Assembly (NCBI GenBank): GCA_030614705.1
Contig: JAUWTN010000001.1
Coordinates: 1 to 62,456, forward strand
Source of the DNA: Candidatus Aenigmatarchaeota archaeon
GTDB taxonomy: Archaea; Aenigmatarchaeota; Aenigmatarchaeia; QMZS01
Reading direction: 5' to 3'
Length of the DNA: 62,456 nt
The first letter of the stretch is position 1, and every line of letters begins with the position of its first letter. Below, piece by piece: positions 45,935 to 56,936 of the stretch. The position numbers and the translations under genes are program-made. The notes under the pieces are model-generated. The model was given only the letters and a program-made list of their open reading frames with translations. It was not told where the DNA came from and did not search any database.

Positions 45935-46828
45935 ATGCACTTAAAAAATATTAAAGGGTCTTATCCATTCTTCTTTGTAATTGACGACGGTGGTTTTGAT
46001 TTTGCAGTGAAAGGAGATAAAAACAGTAAAATAACTTTAGAGACCTATGACACAATATTAAAAATTGCAAAAAAATTCAACATAAAAATTCCCATCTGCT
46101 TCACAATGAAATATCTTGATAAAAAAAATATCTCTAGTGTTGGAACTCCTTTAGAATATCTGGATGAATTAACAGAACTCTTTAAAAAAAATAAAAAATA
46201 TCTCGAAATTGGTTCTCATGGTCTTACACATGAATATAAAACCAATCATCCGGGGGAATTTTATTGTCTTGATATCAATAAACCAGTTCCTGAAAAAATA
46301 CAAAGAGAACATATAGAAAAAAGCGCAAAGATATTTGATTACTTAAACCTTGATTTCCCAGAACTATTTGTTCCAGCTTATAATATCTGGGAAAAGGGGA
46401 TTACCGATAAGATATTATCTGAGTATGGGGTAAAATACATAATTGGTCAAAAAAAGTTTGGATATAAAAAACATATTTATAAATATATAAATTCAGATTA
46501 TCTGGAATTTTTACCAAGAGCCAGTCTTGGACTTGCAAGCAAAGAATATTCCCTAACAGGACTTTACAAAAATTACGGTCCTTTTAAATGGAAAATAAAG
46601 GAGTTTGTAAAAATGTTTATTATCCCAAGAAATCCTTTTATCAATCTATATTCAGGAAAATCATTGAAACAAAACAGAGTCCATAGCTACATGACCCATA
46701 TAGGAAATTTCATGCCCTTAAACTATGATTTTTGGGTGGATATGCTAAACGGGGTGAAACAGAATCAAAGATTAAAATTATGTAAAGATAATCGAGAAGC
46801 TATAAAGTATTTTTATAATCGGATATAG
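45935..46828 (+). CDS. Polysaccharide deacetylase-like protein (DUF2334-like)
   Basis: 297 aa; FFFVIDDGG and IGSHGLTHE motifs. Confidence 0.45.
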   Translation: MHLKNIKGSYPFFFVIDDGGFDFAVKGDKNSKITLETYDTILKIAKKFNIKIPICFTMKYLDKKNISSVGTPLEYLDELTELFKKNKKYLEIGSHGLTHEYKTNHPGEFYCLDINKPVPEKIQREHIEKSAKIFDYLNLDFPELFVPAYNIWEKGITDKILSEYGVKYIIGQKKFGYKKHIYKYINSDYLEFLPRASLGLASKEYSLTGLYKNYGPFKWKIKEFVKMFIIPRNPFINLYSGKSLKQNRVHSYMTHIGNFMPLNYDFWVDMLNGVKQNQRLKLCKDNREAIKYFYNRI

Positions 46829-46832
46829 TTAT

Positions 46833-47558
46833 ATGAATAACTCATCTAACAAACGAGATAAACACGCTAAAACTAAATGGGATAACTATATAAATGGCAG
46901 ACTCTCAATAGGCACTAAACCTTACATGAAATCCCTGAAAAAATATGGTGTAATAAATAAAAAAAATGTTCTTGATGTTGGTTGCGGTCCGGGTGAATGG
47001 TGTTTTGCGGCAGCAAATTTAAATCCTAAAGCAAAAGTGATTGGTGTTGATATCAAAGAAAAAGATTTGAATCTTGCTATTAAATATATGCGGGATAAGA
47101 AAATCAAAAATTGTAAATTTTTAAATGAATCCTATGAAAACTTATTGGAACGTTTTCAGCCCGCAAGTTTTGATGTAATTATGTGCAACAGCGTAATCCA
47201 GTATATTGACGAAAAAAAAGCATTATATATTTTTTCCAAATTACTTAAAAAAGATGGAATACTTTTGATGTTCTGGAATCACGGCCCGGGATATTATCTG
47301 CAAAAATTATTTTTAGGGATTAAAAAGTTAGATATTAGAGAATCTCTTTTTATGCCTAACGTGCTTATATTAGGCACTCTAAAAAAATATCTTCTTAATA
47401 CAAAACAGGATTATTTTGTCACATTAAAAAATTTAAAAAAGATTTCGAAAGAGGTCAATATAAACTTAATTAAAATTGAAAATGAGCCCAAACTCCACTA
47501 TCAGGATTCTTTTTTAGGTCTCCCTTGCGTTTTTTCATGCAAAGGTATTAAAACATGA
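46833..47558 (+). CDS. Class I SAM-dependent methyltransferase
   Basis: 241 aa; VLDVGCGPGEW and GVDI motifs. Confidence 0.8.
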   Translation: MNNSSNKRDKHAKTKWDNYINGRLSIGTKPYMKSLKKYGVINKKNVLDVGCGPGEWCFAAANLNPKAKVIGVDIKEKDLNLAIKYMRDKKIKNCKFLNESYENLLERFQPASFDVIMCNSVIQYIDEKKALYIFSKLLKKDGILLMFWNHGPGYYLQKLFLGIKKLDIRESLFMPNVLILGTLKKYLLNTKQDYFVTLKNLKKISKEVNINLIKIENEPKLHYQDSFLGLPCVFSCKGIKT

Positions 47559-48673
47559 AAAAATTTGCTGTGTTGGTGGCCAACCCATTTCCTTACCTCT
47601 GCCCTCTGTTTCGAACACTGGCAAAACATCCAAAGATTGATTTAACGGTTTATTTTTGTTCAAACATTGAGGATGACGCTTCATTGTTGAAAGGTTATAA
47701 TTATAAATTATTTAAAAATTACAGCCCAAAACCAAACCCTTCTACTTTCTTTGGTCTGATAAACACAGGAATAATAAACGAACTAAATAAAGAAAAATAT
47801 GATGGTATTTTGGTTTTTGGATATTTTTCAGTTACAACATGGCTTGCTTTTTTTGGAAGTTGGTTGACCAAAACACCAATCTTATTTAGAGGGGAAGTGG
47901 ATTTGCTCAAGAAAGAATCATCCACCAATAAAATTATTAAAAAAACTATAATTTCTGGTTTGTTTAAAACAATTCGTGGTTTTTTATATACTTACACTCT
48001 AAACAAAAAATATTACCAATATTACGGAGTTCCTGAAGAAAAATTATTTTTTCACCCCTGCGCTGTGGATAATAAATTTTTTCAGAAAAAAGCACTTGAA
48101 TTAAAAAAAGTAAAAAAGAAGATTAAAAAAACATATGGATTGCCTGAAAAATCCATAATTATCCTGTCTGCGGCTCAATTAATTCCAAGAAAGAGATTTA
48201 TGGATTTAATCAAAGCGTATGAAACTTTGCCAAAAAACCTGAATGCTTCTTTAGTGTTTATTGGTGATGGTTCGCAAAAACAAGAACTTGAAAAATATGT
48301 AAAAAGAAAAAATATCAATCAAGTTTACTTCGTGGGTTTTAAAGAACATTCAAAATTACCTGAGTTTTATTCAATTGCAGATATTTTCGTGCTTCCTTCT
48401 GAATATGACCCTTCGCCAAAAGCTATGAATGAAGCTATGAATTTTAGTTTGCCTATAATAACAACAGATAAAGTTGGTACGGGTTATGATTTAGTTAAAA
48501 ATGAATTAAATGGGTTTATTTACCCTGTAGGTGATATTAAAGCCCTGTCCGCCCATCTAACAAAACTTATAAAAAACCCAAAATTAATCAAAAAAATGGG
48601 TGAAGAATCCATTAAACTTGTTTCTAAATGGAGTCTTGATGAAGAAGTTAATGGAATAATTAAAGCATTGTAA
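47555..48673 (+). CDS. GT4 family glycosyltransferase
   Basis: 372 aa; PSEYDPSPKAMNEAMNFSLPIITTD..G; ATGA overlap with the upstream gene. Confidence 0.8.
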   Translation: MKKFAVLVANPFPYLCPLFRTLAKHPKIDLTVYFCSNIEDDASLLKGYNYKLFKNYSPKPNPSTFFGLINTGIINELNKEKYDGILVFGYFSVTTWLAFFGSWLTKTPILFRGEVDLLKKESSTNKIIKKTIISGLFKTIRGFLYTYTLNKKYYQYYGVPEEKLFFHPCAVDNKFFQKKALELKKVKKKIKKTYGLPEKSIIILSAAQLIPRKRFMDLIKAYETLPKNLNASLVFIGDGSQKQELEKYVKRKNINQVYFVGFKEHSKLPEFYSIADIFVLPSEYDPSPKAMNEAMNFSLPIITTDKVGTGYDLVKNELNGFIYPVGDIKALSAHLTKLIKNPKLIKKMGEESIKLVSKWSLDEEVNGIIKAL

Positions 48674-48703
48674 TCTCTCTTATGTTTAACAAAATAATAA
48701 ATT

Positions 48704-49495
48704 ATGAAAACAAATTATAAAAATTTCTATGAAAAAGAAGCCCGTGGCACAGGTTCAGTCAAAGACCTTGCAGCTGCAAATTTTGATATAATAAATTTCA
48801 TAAAAAAATTTGGGTTATCTAAAAAAAGAGTTTTGGAAATAGGAAGTGGAAATGGTATGTGTCAAGATGTGGTTGAAGATTATACTGGAATAGATGTGGC
48901 AGAATCCTTAAGTAAATCATACCATAAACCTTATTTTATAATAGAAGATGGTAAAAAATATCCTTTTAAAGATGAATATTTTGATGCTATTTTTACAAGA
49001 GTTACTTTTGAACACATTCCAGATATAAACTTTGCATTAAAAGAAATGTTGAGAGTTGTAAAAAAAGGAGGGTTTATATTATTTAATATGGCTTGGTGGG
49101 TGAGACCTTGGGTTTCAAAAGGTCTTGGAGTTAGACCTTACAGGGAACTTAATTGGAAAGAAAAAGTTAGTAAATGCTCAATACCTGTAAGAGAAAATTT
49201 AGTTTTCAGGGCATCTTGGATATTTCCGCTCAGATTATTCCATATAATTCAATTCTTAATTAATAAAAAAAACTTTAAAAATAATTTAAGACTACAAAAA
49301 TTGGAGCCAAACTATGAATTATTCTCTCCAGAAAGTTTTGTTGATTATGGCGGTGACTCTGATGCCTGCAATTCAGTGGATCCTCACTCAATGATTCTAT
49401 ATTTTATGGCAAATAATTGTAAAATAATCAATTACAGCTCACTATTGCGAGCATTCTCGGTAGGTTATGCTACTTTGATAATAAAAAAATTATGA
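48704..49495 (+). CDS. Class I SAM-dependent methyltransferase
   Basis: 263 aa; VLEIGSGNG and GIDV motifs. Confidence 0.75.
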   Translation: MKTNYKNFYEKEARGTGSVKDLAAANFDIINFIKKFGLSKKRVLEIGSGNGMCQDVVEDYTGIDVAESLSKSYHKPYFIIEDGKKYPFKDEYFDAIFTRVTFEHIPDINFALKEMLRVVKKGGFILFNMAWWVRPWVSKGLGVRPYRELNWKEKVSKCSIPVRENLVFRASWIFPLRLFHIIQFLINKKNFKNNLRLQKLEPNYELFSPESFVDYGGDSDACNSVDPHSMILYFMANNCKIINYSSLLRAFSVGYATLIIKKL

Positions 49496-50799
49496 AAAAC
49501 TTCGAGATTGCCAATAATATTTCAGTCCAACCCGCAACCTTTGGTCCAAAACATCACTTCTTTGGATACTATGATAAATCTCCGTGGGATATATCAGGCA
49601 GATATATGTTGGGTTTGGAAACTGACTTTATTGACCGTCTGCCAGATTCCAATGATAAAGCAACAATTGGATTAATTGATTTAAAGAAAAATAATAAATT
49701 TAAAAAACTTGGAGAAACAAAAGCCTGGAACTGGCAACAGGGTTGTATGTTGCAATGGTTGCCTCCTGGATATAACAACCAAATCATTTATAATGACCTG
49801 CAAAACAACAAATTTGTAAGTGTTATATTGAATGTGAAAAATAAAAAGAAGAAAATATTACCTTTGCCTATTTACGCCATCCACCCCAATGGAAAATATG
49901 CGCTTACTTTAAATTTTTCCAGACTATGTCGCACAAGAAGAAGCTATGGATACGCGGGCGTTCCTGATATTCACTGCAATGAGACTGCGCCAAAAAAAGA
50001 TGGAATCTTTATTTTGAATTTAAGAACCGGAAAATATAAATTAATTATTTCAATAGATAAACTCCATAACTTAAATCATGTAAGTTCAATGGAAAATACT
50101 GATAATTGGGTAAATCATATTGGTTTCAATCGCGATGGGTCTAGATTTTGTTTCTTTCACAGATGGCAGTTAAAAGATGAAACTACATATACCCGTTTGC
50201 TTACTTCAAATTTGGAAGGCTCTGATATTTCCCTTTTAGCGGATGGTGGGAATTATACTCATCATTATTGGAGAAACTCAAAAAACCTATTGTGTTGGGG
50301 GTGCTTACCTAACAGAATACTGCGTCTAAGACAGAATAAAATAATGACAAATAAAATTTCAAAAATAGCATTTAAAATATACCACCACCTATTGCCAAAT
50401 ATGAAAAAGAAAATAAGCAACAGCGGGTATATTTATTTTACTGATAAAACCAAAAAAGCAGAGAAATTATTTGATGACGAAGATGGTCATTGCTCTTTTT
50501 CACCAGATGGAAACTGGATATTGACTGATTCATACCCGGATAAAAAAAATTACCGAAAATTAATTCTTTATAATTTTGAAACAAAGAAAAAAATGCTGTT
50601 GGGAAAATTTTATTCTCTACCCAACAAAAAATATAGCGAGAACGAACGATGGGATTGGAGTGAAATGAGATGTGATTTACATCCGAGATGGAATCGAGAT
50701 GGAACAAAAGTTTGTATTGATTCTGTGCATGAAGGGAACAGGCAAATGCATATAATAGACTTAAAAAAATGTATTAAAAATAATTATAAACTATTATGA
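49492..50799 (+). CDS. Hypothetical protein, possibly beta-propeller (TolB/oligogalacturonide-lyase-like)
   Basis: 435 aa; repeated SPDG/NRDG/HPNG-type turns (HPNGKY, NRDGSRF, SPDGNWI, NRDGTKV); ATGA overlaps on both sides. Confidence 0.4.
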   Translation: MKNFEIANNISVQPATFGPKHHFFGYYDKSPWDISGRYMLGLETDFIDRLPDSNDKATIGLIDLKKNNKFKKLGETKAWNWQQGCMLQWLPPGYNNQIIYNDLQNNKFVSVILNVKNKKKKILPLPIYAIHPNGKYALTLNFSRLCRTRRSYGYAGVPDIHCNETAPKKDGIFILNLRTGKYKLIISIDKLHNLNHVSSMENTDNWVNHIGFNRDGSRFCFFHRWQLKDETTYTRLLTSNLEGSDISLLADGGNYTHHYWRNSKNLLCWGCLPNRILRLRQNKIMTNKISKIAFKIYHHLLPNMKKKISNSGYIYFTDKTKKAEKLFDDEDGHCSFSPDGNWILTDSYPDKKNYRKLILYNFETKKKMLLGKFYSLPNKKYSENERWDWSEMRCDLHPRWNRDGTKVCIDSVHEGNRQMHIIDLKKCIKNNYKLL

Positions 50800-51755
50800 A
50801 AATAATATACACAACATCAGAATCCTTAAAAGGTTGTGATGAAGAATGGAGTGCACAGATAGGAGAAGAATTAAAAACCCGGGGAGAAACAAAAATATTT
50901 TTAGAAGGTCGTCATAATGTAGCTATTAACCCGGCCACCATTTTCCGCCATATTAAAAGAGAATTCCTTGGATATCCCCAGTACCCCATCCGTCCAAAAC
51001 AAATCAACAACCGATTACTGAAAATCTGTAAAGAATTTAAACCTGATGTTCTTATATGTATGAAAGGTATCCCATTTGATCCAAAAATAATAAAACAAAT
51101 AAAATGCAAAAAAATATGCATTAATAATGATGATTTTCAACACTTTAATGAGGAATTAATGAGAGAATTTGATTTTATTTTTACGCCAGCAGAAGATTAT
51201 ATTCCTAAATATAAAGAATTGGGTGTTAAATCAGAATGGATGGGATATGCCTGTACTCCAGCAATACAAAAAAATCTTAATTTAAAAAAGGAATATAATA
51301 TATCTTTTGTAGGAAGAACTCGTCCTGAACGAGAACCTTATTTCGATAAAATGAAAAAATTTGAGAAGTGTTTTCTTTGGTTGAATAAAGGTGGTAATTT
51401 ATTAACATTTAAAAAATTTACAGAGATTATGAACAAAAGTAAAATTAATATAAATATGCATCAAGAATTGATGAAAATCCACAGAACCAAATCAAATTTA
51501 AGAGTTTATGAAGTGTTGGGTTGTGGTCAGTTCCTATTAACGGATAAAGCTGGTGGAATGGAAGATTTGTTTAAAGAAAATAAACATATGGTAACATACA
51601 AAGACGCAGATGATATGGAAGACAAAATAAAATATTGGTTAGAAAGAGACGAAGAACGAGAAAAAATGGGTTTAGCAGCTCAAAAAGAAATACTAAAAAA
51701 ACACACTATTAAAAACAGAGTTGACCAGATACTCAAGGTCTTGAAGAAATTATAA
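50796..51755 (+). CDS. CgeB-family glycosyltransferase-like protein
   Basis: 319 aa; ISFVGRTRPEREPYF, NMHQ and RVYEVLGCGQFLLTD resemble CgeB/DUF3880-type GT-B proteins. Confidence 0.55.
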   Translation: MKIIYTTSESLKGCDEEWSAQIGEELKTRGETKIFLEGRHNVAINPATIFRHIKREFLGYPQYPIRPKQINNRLLKICKEFKPDVLICMKGIPFDPKIIKQIKCKKICINNDDFQHFNEELMREFDFIFTPAEDYIPKYKELGVKSEWMGYACTPAIQKNLNLKKEYNISFVGRTRPEREPYFDKMKKFEKCFLWLNKGGNLLTFKKFTEIMNKSKININMHQELMKIHRTKSNLRVYEVLGCGQFLLTDKAGGMEDLFKENKHMVTYKDADDMEDKIKYWLERDEEREKMGLAAQKEILKKHTIKNRVDQILKVLKKL

Positions 51756-51829
51756 TATAAATATACAAAAGAAATGTAAAAAATACCTTCTTTATTATAA
51801 ACCACAACAAACCCTAAGCTAAAAATAGA

Positions 51830-52783
51830 TTAAACTTTTTCCCTCCAGTAATTTAATAAATCCTTCATTGTCTTTTCAAATGGAATTTCGGGTTTCCAAC
51901 CGGTTTTCTCCATAAACCTAGAACAATCACCATGCAATACTTCAACATCAGAAGGTCTCATTCTTGAAGGGTCTTGTTTTATTTCTATTTTCTTATCGGA
52001 CATTTTAAGTAATAAATTAAGCATATACTGAATCGTCACTGATTTGCCAGAACAAATATTATAAACCCCACCATATTCACATTTATTGACTGTATACCAA
52101 TAAGCGCGCACAACATCCCTGACATCTGTAAAATCCCTCTTGGCCTCTAAATTTCCTACTTGCATAACAGGTTCTTTTGAACCCTGTTCAATTTCAGCGA
52201 TTTGTTTTGCAAAATTGGAAGTAACAAAAAACTCTCCTCTTCTGGGTCCTGTATGATTAAATGCTCTTGTTACGATCGTCTTTATACCATAAGACATATG
52301 GTATTGTATTGACAGAAGTTCCTGCCCCACTTTGCTCACCCCATATGGAGACAAAGGTCTCAAAGGATTGGTCTCTTTTATTGGAACCTCATCGGGATTA
52401 ACCAACCCATATTCTTCTGAACTCCCGGCTATTTGAATCACAGGATCGCAGTCTGACTTCTTAACAGCTTCAAGTAAATTCAAATTACCTATTATATTAG
52501 TAGTGAGAGTTTCAGAAGGAGAATTCCAACTAGTAGGCACAAAAGATTGCGCAGCTAAGTGAAATATATAATCTGGTTTTACTTCATCTATAAGGGTCTG
52601 CATGGAATGAGCATCTCTTAAATCCATTTCAGAAATTTTTAATTTATCAACAAAACCATCTAAATTCTCTTTCTTGCTTCTCCATCTTACAGTTCCATAA
52701 ACAGCAACACCTTCATTTAATAAGAATTCTGCTAAATGAGAACCAACAAACCCGGTAATCCCGGTTATCAAAGCTTTTTTCAT
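51830..52783 (-). CDS. SDR sugar-nucleotide enzyme, GDP-mannose 4,6-dehydratase / GDP-4-keto-6-deoxymannose reductase-like
   Basis: 317 aa; ITGITGFVGSHL, HLAAQSFV, SSEEYG and YGVSK (YxxxK) motifs. Confidence 0.75.
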   Translation of the reverse strand: MKKALITGITGFVGSHLAEFLLNEGVAVYGTVRWRSKKENLDGFVDKLKISEMDLRDAHSMQTLIDEVKPDYIFHLAAQSFVPTSWNSPSETLTTNIIGNLNLLEAVKKSDCDPVIQIAGSSEEYGLVNPDEVPIKETNPLRPLSPYGVSKVGQELLSIQYHMSYGIKTIVTRAFNHTGPRRGEFFVTSNFAKQIAEIEQGSKEPVMQVGNLEAKRDFTDVRDVVRAYWYTVNKCEYGGVYNICSGKSVTIQYMLNLLLKMSDKKIEIKQDPSRMRPSDVEVLHGDCSRFMEKTGWKPEIPFEKTMKDLLNYWREKV

Positions 52784-52820
52784 AATATAATCAATATATA
52801 AATTTAAGTATATTTAAAAA

Positions 52821-53783
52821 ATGGGTGACTTAAAATCACATTTCAAACTTCTTGAAAAAGATTTATATTTCACAACCAAATTTCTCGGTAAGTTACCTAT
52901 TAATGTTAAATTGTTTTGTTATTCTATCCAGCGTCCCATTTCCAATATTATCCTAAAAACTAAATTAAAAAAAACATTATATAATGATTTTGTATATAAT
53001 AAAATAGATAATTTTCTGTTAAACGATGGTGGTATGTTTAAAACCTATGTATACCAGCTCTGCAATCAATTTTCAAATATAAAAAATTCTTCTGTTTTGG
53101 TGCCGGGATGTGGTTATGGGAGAAACATTCTTCAATTAGCTTCATTCAAACCAAAAAAAATAATTGCTTTTGATTTATTCTCTTATCCAAAAGAATGGAA
53201 ATACATTTCAGAAATTGTTAAAAAAGAATTTGGTGTTGAAGTCCATTTTATAAAAGGTGATTTTGATAAAATAAATAAACAATATTCTGAATATTTCGAT
53301 TTTATAATTTCTGATGCTGTTTTGGAACATGTACGGGATTTTCAGTTTTTTACCAAAAGTTCTGAAAAAGTTCTGAAAAAAGGCGGTATCTTTTATGCTT
53401 CTTTTGGTCCTATTTGGTTTGGTCCTGGTGGAGATCATATAACCTGGGGGGGGAACAAAATATTTGACCATTTAATTTTACCTAAATCATCCTACAAAGA
53501 AAAACTCAAAAAACTCCCAGTCATCACTGAAACGGATTCCTGTGAAGGTGTTTTTATGATTGAAAAAAAACTTTTTTCATATTTATCTGTCAAAGAATAT
53601 TTGGATATATTATCAAAATTTGGATTCAAAAAATTGCGTATGTCTGCCAGCATATCAACAGAAGCCAGAACTCTTCTGAAAAACAAAAAGGAAATTATTA
53701 AATTACTAGATGAAAAAAAATGTCCTGATTTTGACAGATTCTGTAAAGGTATTTATTTATGGATGAAAAAAGGTGAAATATAA
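52821..53783 (+). CDS. Class I SAM-dependent methyltransferase
   Basis: 320 aa; VLVPGCGYGRN and AFDL motifs. Confidence 0.65.
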   Translation: MGDLKSHFKLLEKDLYFTTKFLGKLPINVKLFCYSIQRPISNIILKTKLKKTLYNDFVYNKIDNFLLNDGGMFKTYVYQLCNQFSNIKNSSVLVPGCGYGRNILQLASFKPKKIIAFDLFSYPKEWKYISEIVKKEFGVEVHFIKGDFDKINKQYSEYFDFIISDAVLEHVRDFQFFTKSSEKVLKKGGIFYASFGPIWFGPGGDHITWGGNKIFDHLILPKSSYKEKLKKLPVITETDSCEGVFMIEKKLFSYLSVKEYLDILSKFGFKKLRMSASISTEARTLLKNKKEIIKLLDEKKCPDFDRFCKGIYLWMKKGEI

Positions 53784-53827
53784 CAAAATATTTTGTAGTT
53801 ATCCCTAAATATTTAATAAACTAAATT

Positions 53828-54631
53828 ATGACCTCTGAAAGTATTGCTGATAAATGGCGTGAAGATTTGAAAGAAAGGGGATATGAACACCACATCTCTA
53901 AAAAAAGAGAATATAATAAATTAAAAATATTCACTCGATTTTGGAAAACGGTTCTTAAAACTACAAAAATAAATCCCAACACAGAAAATTTAAAGATTTT
54001 TGAATTTGGTTGTGGGGGTTGTAAACATCTGATTCCTTTTGCGCTAAAGGGTGTGTCCTGTGTTGGATTGGATTGCTCAAAAGAAGTTCTTGAAAGGTCT
54101 AAAAATTATATAAGTGAAGTCTCCAAATTCAGTGAAAAAACCTTAGATATTAAACTTATTTATAAAGACTTTTTGAAATACAATGATTCTAAAGAAGAAT
54201 TTGATTTGGTTTTTCATGTAGGTGCTTTGGAACATTTCTTAGATGATAAAGAAAGAATGTATGCATTAAAAAAAATGTTTGATTTAACAAAACCCGGGGG
54301 TTATGTGGTCTCAGCAGTGCCTAATGGAGTTCACATTCTAAGAAATAAAATGAGAAAATTTAATCTTGGTGGGTATGGCATCCCTGAAATTGATTATTCT
54401 CCAGAACTTATATACAAAGAAATGAAAGAATGTGGGGGAGAAAATATTAAGGTACTTCCTTATAATCTATTTCTCTATGTCTTGTTTGATAGATCAAACC
54501 CTATATTTTATCCAATAAAAAAACTATTTTACTATAGCACCCAGATAATTCCTTTAAGTCTTCTGCCTAAATCCTTTAGTTATAAACATACAGGACTTCT
54601 TATCGGAATTGCAAAAAAACCGGAAAAATGA
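53828..54631 (+). CDS. Class I SAM-dependent methyltransferase
   Basis: 267 aa; IFEFGCGGCKH, GLDCS and KPGGYVV motifs. Confidence 0.75.
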   Translation: MTSESIADKWREDLKERGYEHHISKKREYNKLKIFTRFWKTVLKTTKINPNTENLKIFEFGCGGCKHLIPFALKGVSCVGLDCSKEVLERSKNYISEVSKFSEKTLDIKLIYKDFLKYNDSKEEFDLVFHVGALEHFLDDKERMYALKKMFDLTKPGGYVVSAVPNGVHILRNKMRKFNLGGYGIPEIDYSPELIYKEMKECGGENIKVLPYNLFLYVLFDRSNPIFYPIKKLFYYSTQIIPLSLLPKSFSYKHTGLLIGIAKKPEK

Positions 54632-55776
54632 AGGTGAGTTTGGTTGTAGGGGGTTTATTTGATGCACCTATATTTGCAGAAAGCCTGCAAAAATTAAATT
54701 ATCTGAACTGTATTGTAACCTCAATGCCCAAATTCCTGTTTAGAAATATAGATCCAAAATTAATCACAATAATTCCTATGACTACGCAAGTATTGGAACA
54801 CGGACTAAAAATTAGAGCCCCAAGAAAATGGATAGAAAAGGATATGAAATTATTCGGAACTTTGGCGCGTCATTTTGTAAAAAAAGATACTGACATCCTT
54901 TGTGGTTGGGGCGGCTATTCTTTGGAAACCGCAAGGAAAATAAAAAAAGAAGGTAAATTGTTTATACTGGATAATCCCTGCCCTTACATTCAATTTCAGG
55001 AAAATCTAATGGAAGAAGAAGCAAATAATCTGGATAAAAAGTTTGTGAAATGCAGTAAAAATTATTTTGATAGATTTATAAAAGAATACGAACTGGCGGA
55101 TAAAATAATTGTTCCTTCTGAATACACCTACAATTCTTTTATTAAATATAACTTTCCAAAAGAAAAATTATTTAAAATACCTTTAATTGGTAGAATGAAA
55201 TTACTTGATTCTAAAGAAATAGATGCTAGAAAAAAGAAAGATAAAATTTTTAGAGTTGGTTTTATAGGTGGAAATCCTCTTAGAAAAGGATTAATATACC
55301 TCTTAAAAGCGTGGGATATGTTAAACTTAAAAAACGCAGAATTGGTAATTAAATCTCCTGAAAAAGAGATAAGAAAATCGCCTGTAATTGATAAATATTT
55401 AAACAAATTAAAAAATATCAGATTCGTCGGATATTATAATGATCTTAGTGATTTCTATTTGGATTTGGATTTGTTCTGTTTTCCTTCCATAGATGATGGT
55501 TTTGGGATGGTGGTAATTGAAGCAATGTCTCATAAAATTCCTGTAATTACAACAAAAAATGTTGGGTCTTCAGAATATATAAAAAATGGCAAGTCGGGTT
55601 TTGTATTGCCTATTAGGGAACCAGAAGCAATCGCAAAAAAAATAGAAAAATTTTATTTAAACAGAGAATTGATTAAAAAAATGGGCGACTTGTCTTATGT
55701 TGATGTAAAAAAAACTTTCAATTCTGAATTGCATAAAAAAAAGATGTTTGAATTAATAGAAAAATTAAAAAACTAA
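54628..55776 (+). CDS. GT4 family glycosyltransferase
   Basis: 382 aa; FPSIDDGFGMVVIEAMSHKIPVITT. Confidence 0.75.
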   Translation: MKVSLVVGGLFDAPIFAESLQKLNYLNCIVTSMPKFLFRNIDPKLITIIPMTTQVLEHGLKIRAPRKWIEKDMKLFGTLARHFVKKDTDILCGWGGYSLETARKIKKEGKLFILDNPCPYIQFQENLMEEEANNLDKKFVKCSKNYFDRFIKEYELADKIIVPSEYTYNSFIKYNFPKEKLFKIPLIGRMKLLDSKEIDARKKKDKIFRVGFIGGNPLRKGLIYLLKAWDMLNLKNAELVIKSPEKEIRKSPVIDKYLNKLKNIRFVGYYNDLSDFYLDLDLFCFPSIDDGFGMVVIEAMSHKIPVITTKNVGSSEYIKNGKSGFVLPIREPEAIAKKIEKFYLNRELIKKMGDLSYVDVKKTFNSELHKKKMFELIEKLKN

Positions 55777-56936
55777 TTTTTATATATTTTTTCAATTCCC
55801 TCAACAACATTTCCCCAAGAAAATTGTCTTATAAATATTTTAGCATTCTTGCTCATTTTCTCCCTCTTCTTATCATCAATTAAAATTGAATTAATTGCCC
55901 TTGATAACTGTTCTTTGTTGTATTTCACAACAAACCCAATCTTCTTATTGATATATTCAGAAACACCGCAATTATCTGTAACAATAACTGGTGTCCCGCA
56001 AGCAAGACTCTCAATAACAACATTCCCAAAAGATTCATATTTATCTTTTGAAGGCAACACAAAAACATCTGAATCAACATACACCTTGAGTTTTTCTCTT
56101 TCAAATACAGGACCTATAAACAAAACTTTATTTTCTATTCTAAGATTCTTTGCCAATTTTTTTAGATTATTTAAATAACCATCGTCCGGTCCCGCAATCA
56201 CAAGTTTCAGATTATCTGATTTTTTGGATAAATCCGCAAATATCTCAATAAGCAAATCCAACCCCTTCCTTTCATGCACCCTACCTAAATAAAGAATTAT
56301 TTTTTCAGTTTTTTTTATTTTATATTTTTTCCTGAATTCACCTTTTTTTGGAAGGTTTTTGTATTCCTCTAAATTAATTCCATTTGGAATGCAAACAACT
56401 TTTTTATTGCCGGAAAAAACATTATCATATTGCTCAGATTCTATTTTTGAAGAAGCGATAATTTTGCTGGAATTTTTTATAATTTTATATCCAAACAAAA
56501 CATCAAAAATTCTTTTTTGTAATGATTTTGAGAACCTTGGCATAGAACCTCTTGGTTGCAATACATAAGGAATTTTATACTTCCTTGCATAATGACCCAC
56601 AATCGCCGCAAGTGGGGTTCTATATTCATGAATATGAATCACATCAAAATTTTTAATTTCTTTTCTGGCAACAAAAGGCGAATAGCAAGGTATTGGTAAA
56701 ACAAAATTCCGGCTCAGATAATTTGAAATGTTTCTGAAATAATAAACCTTGATTTCATCGACCATCACAGGTTTGTTCTTCGCAACATCCAACCTGTATT
56801 TAAAACCATCTGTTGTATACACCGTTACTTCGTGTCCTCTTCTGACCAATTCTTTTGAAATCTCATAACAAGACCTCGCCGGACCGCCTGATTCCCAGGA
56901 AGGTTTAAAAAAATTAACAACTTGTAAAATCCTCAT
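55773..56936 (-). CDS. GT4 family glycosyltransferase
   Basis: 387 aa; N-terminal GGPARS motif; PSKDKYESFGNVVIESLACGTPVIVTD. Confidence 0.8.
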   Translation of the reverse strand: MRILQVVNFFKPSWESGGPARSCYEISKELVRRGHEVTVYTTDGFKYRLDVAKNKPVMVDEIKVYYFRNISNYLSRNFVLPIPCYSPFVARKEIKNFDVIHIHEYRTPLAAIVGHYARKYKIPYVLQPRGSMPRFSKSLQKRIFDVLFGYKIIKNSSKIIASSKIESEQYDNVFSGNKKVVCIPNGINLEEYKNLPKKGEFRKKYKIKKTEKIILYLGRVHERKGLDLLIEIFADLSKKSDNLKLVIAGPDDGYLNNLKKLAKNLRIENKVLFIGPVFEREKLKVYVDSDVFVLPSKDKYESFGNVVIESLACGTPVIVTDNCGVSEYINKKIGFVVKYNKEQLSRAINSILIDDKKREKMSKNAKIFIRQFSWGNVVEGIEKIYKN

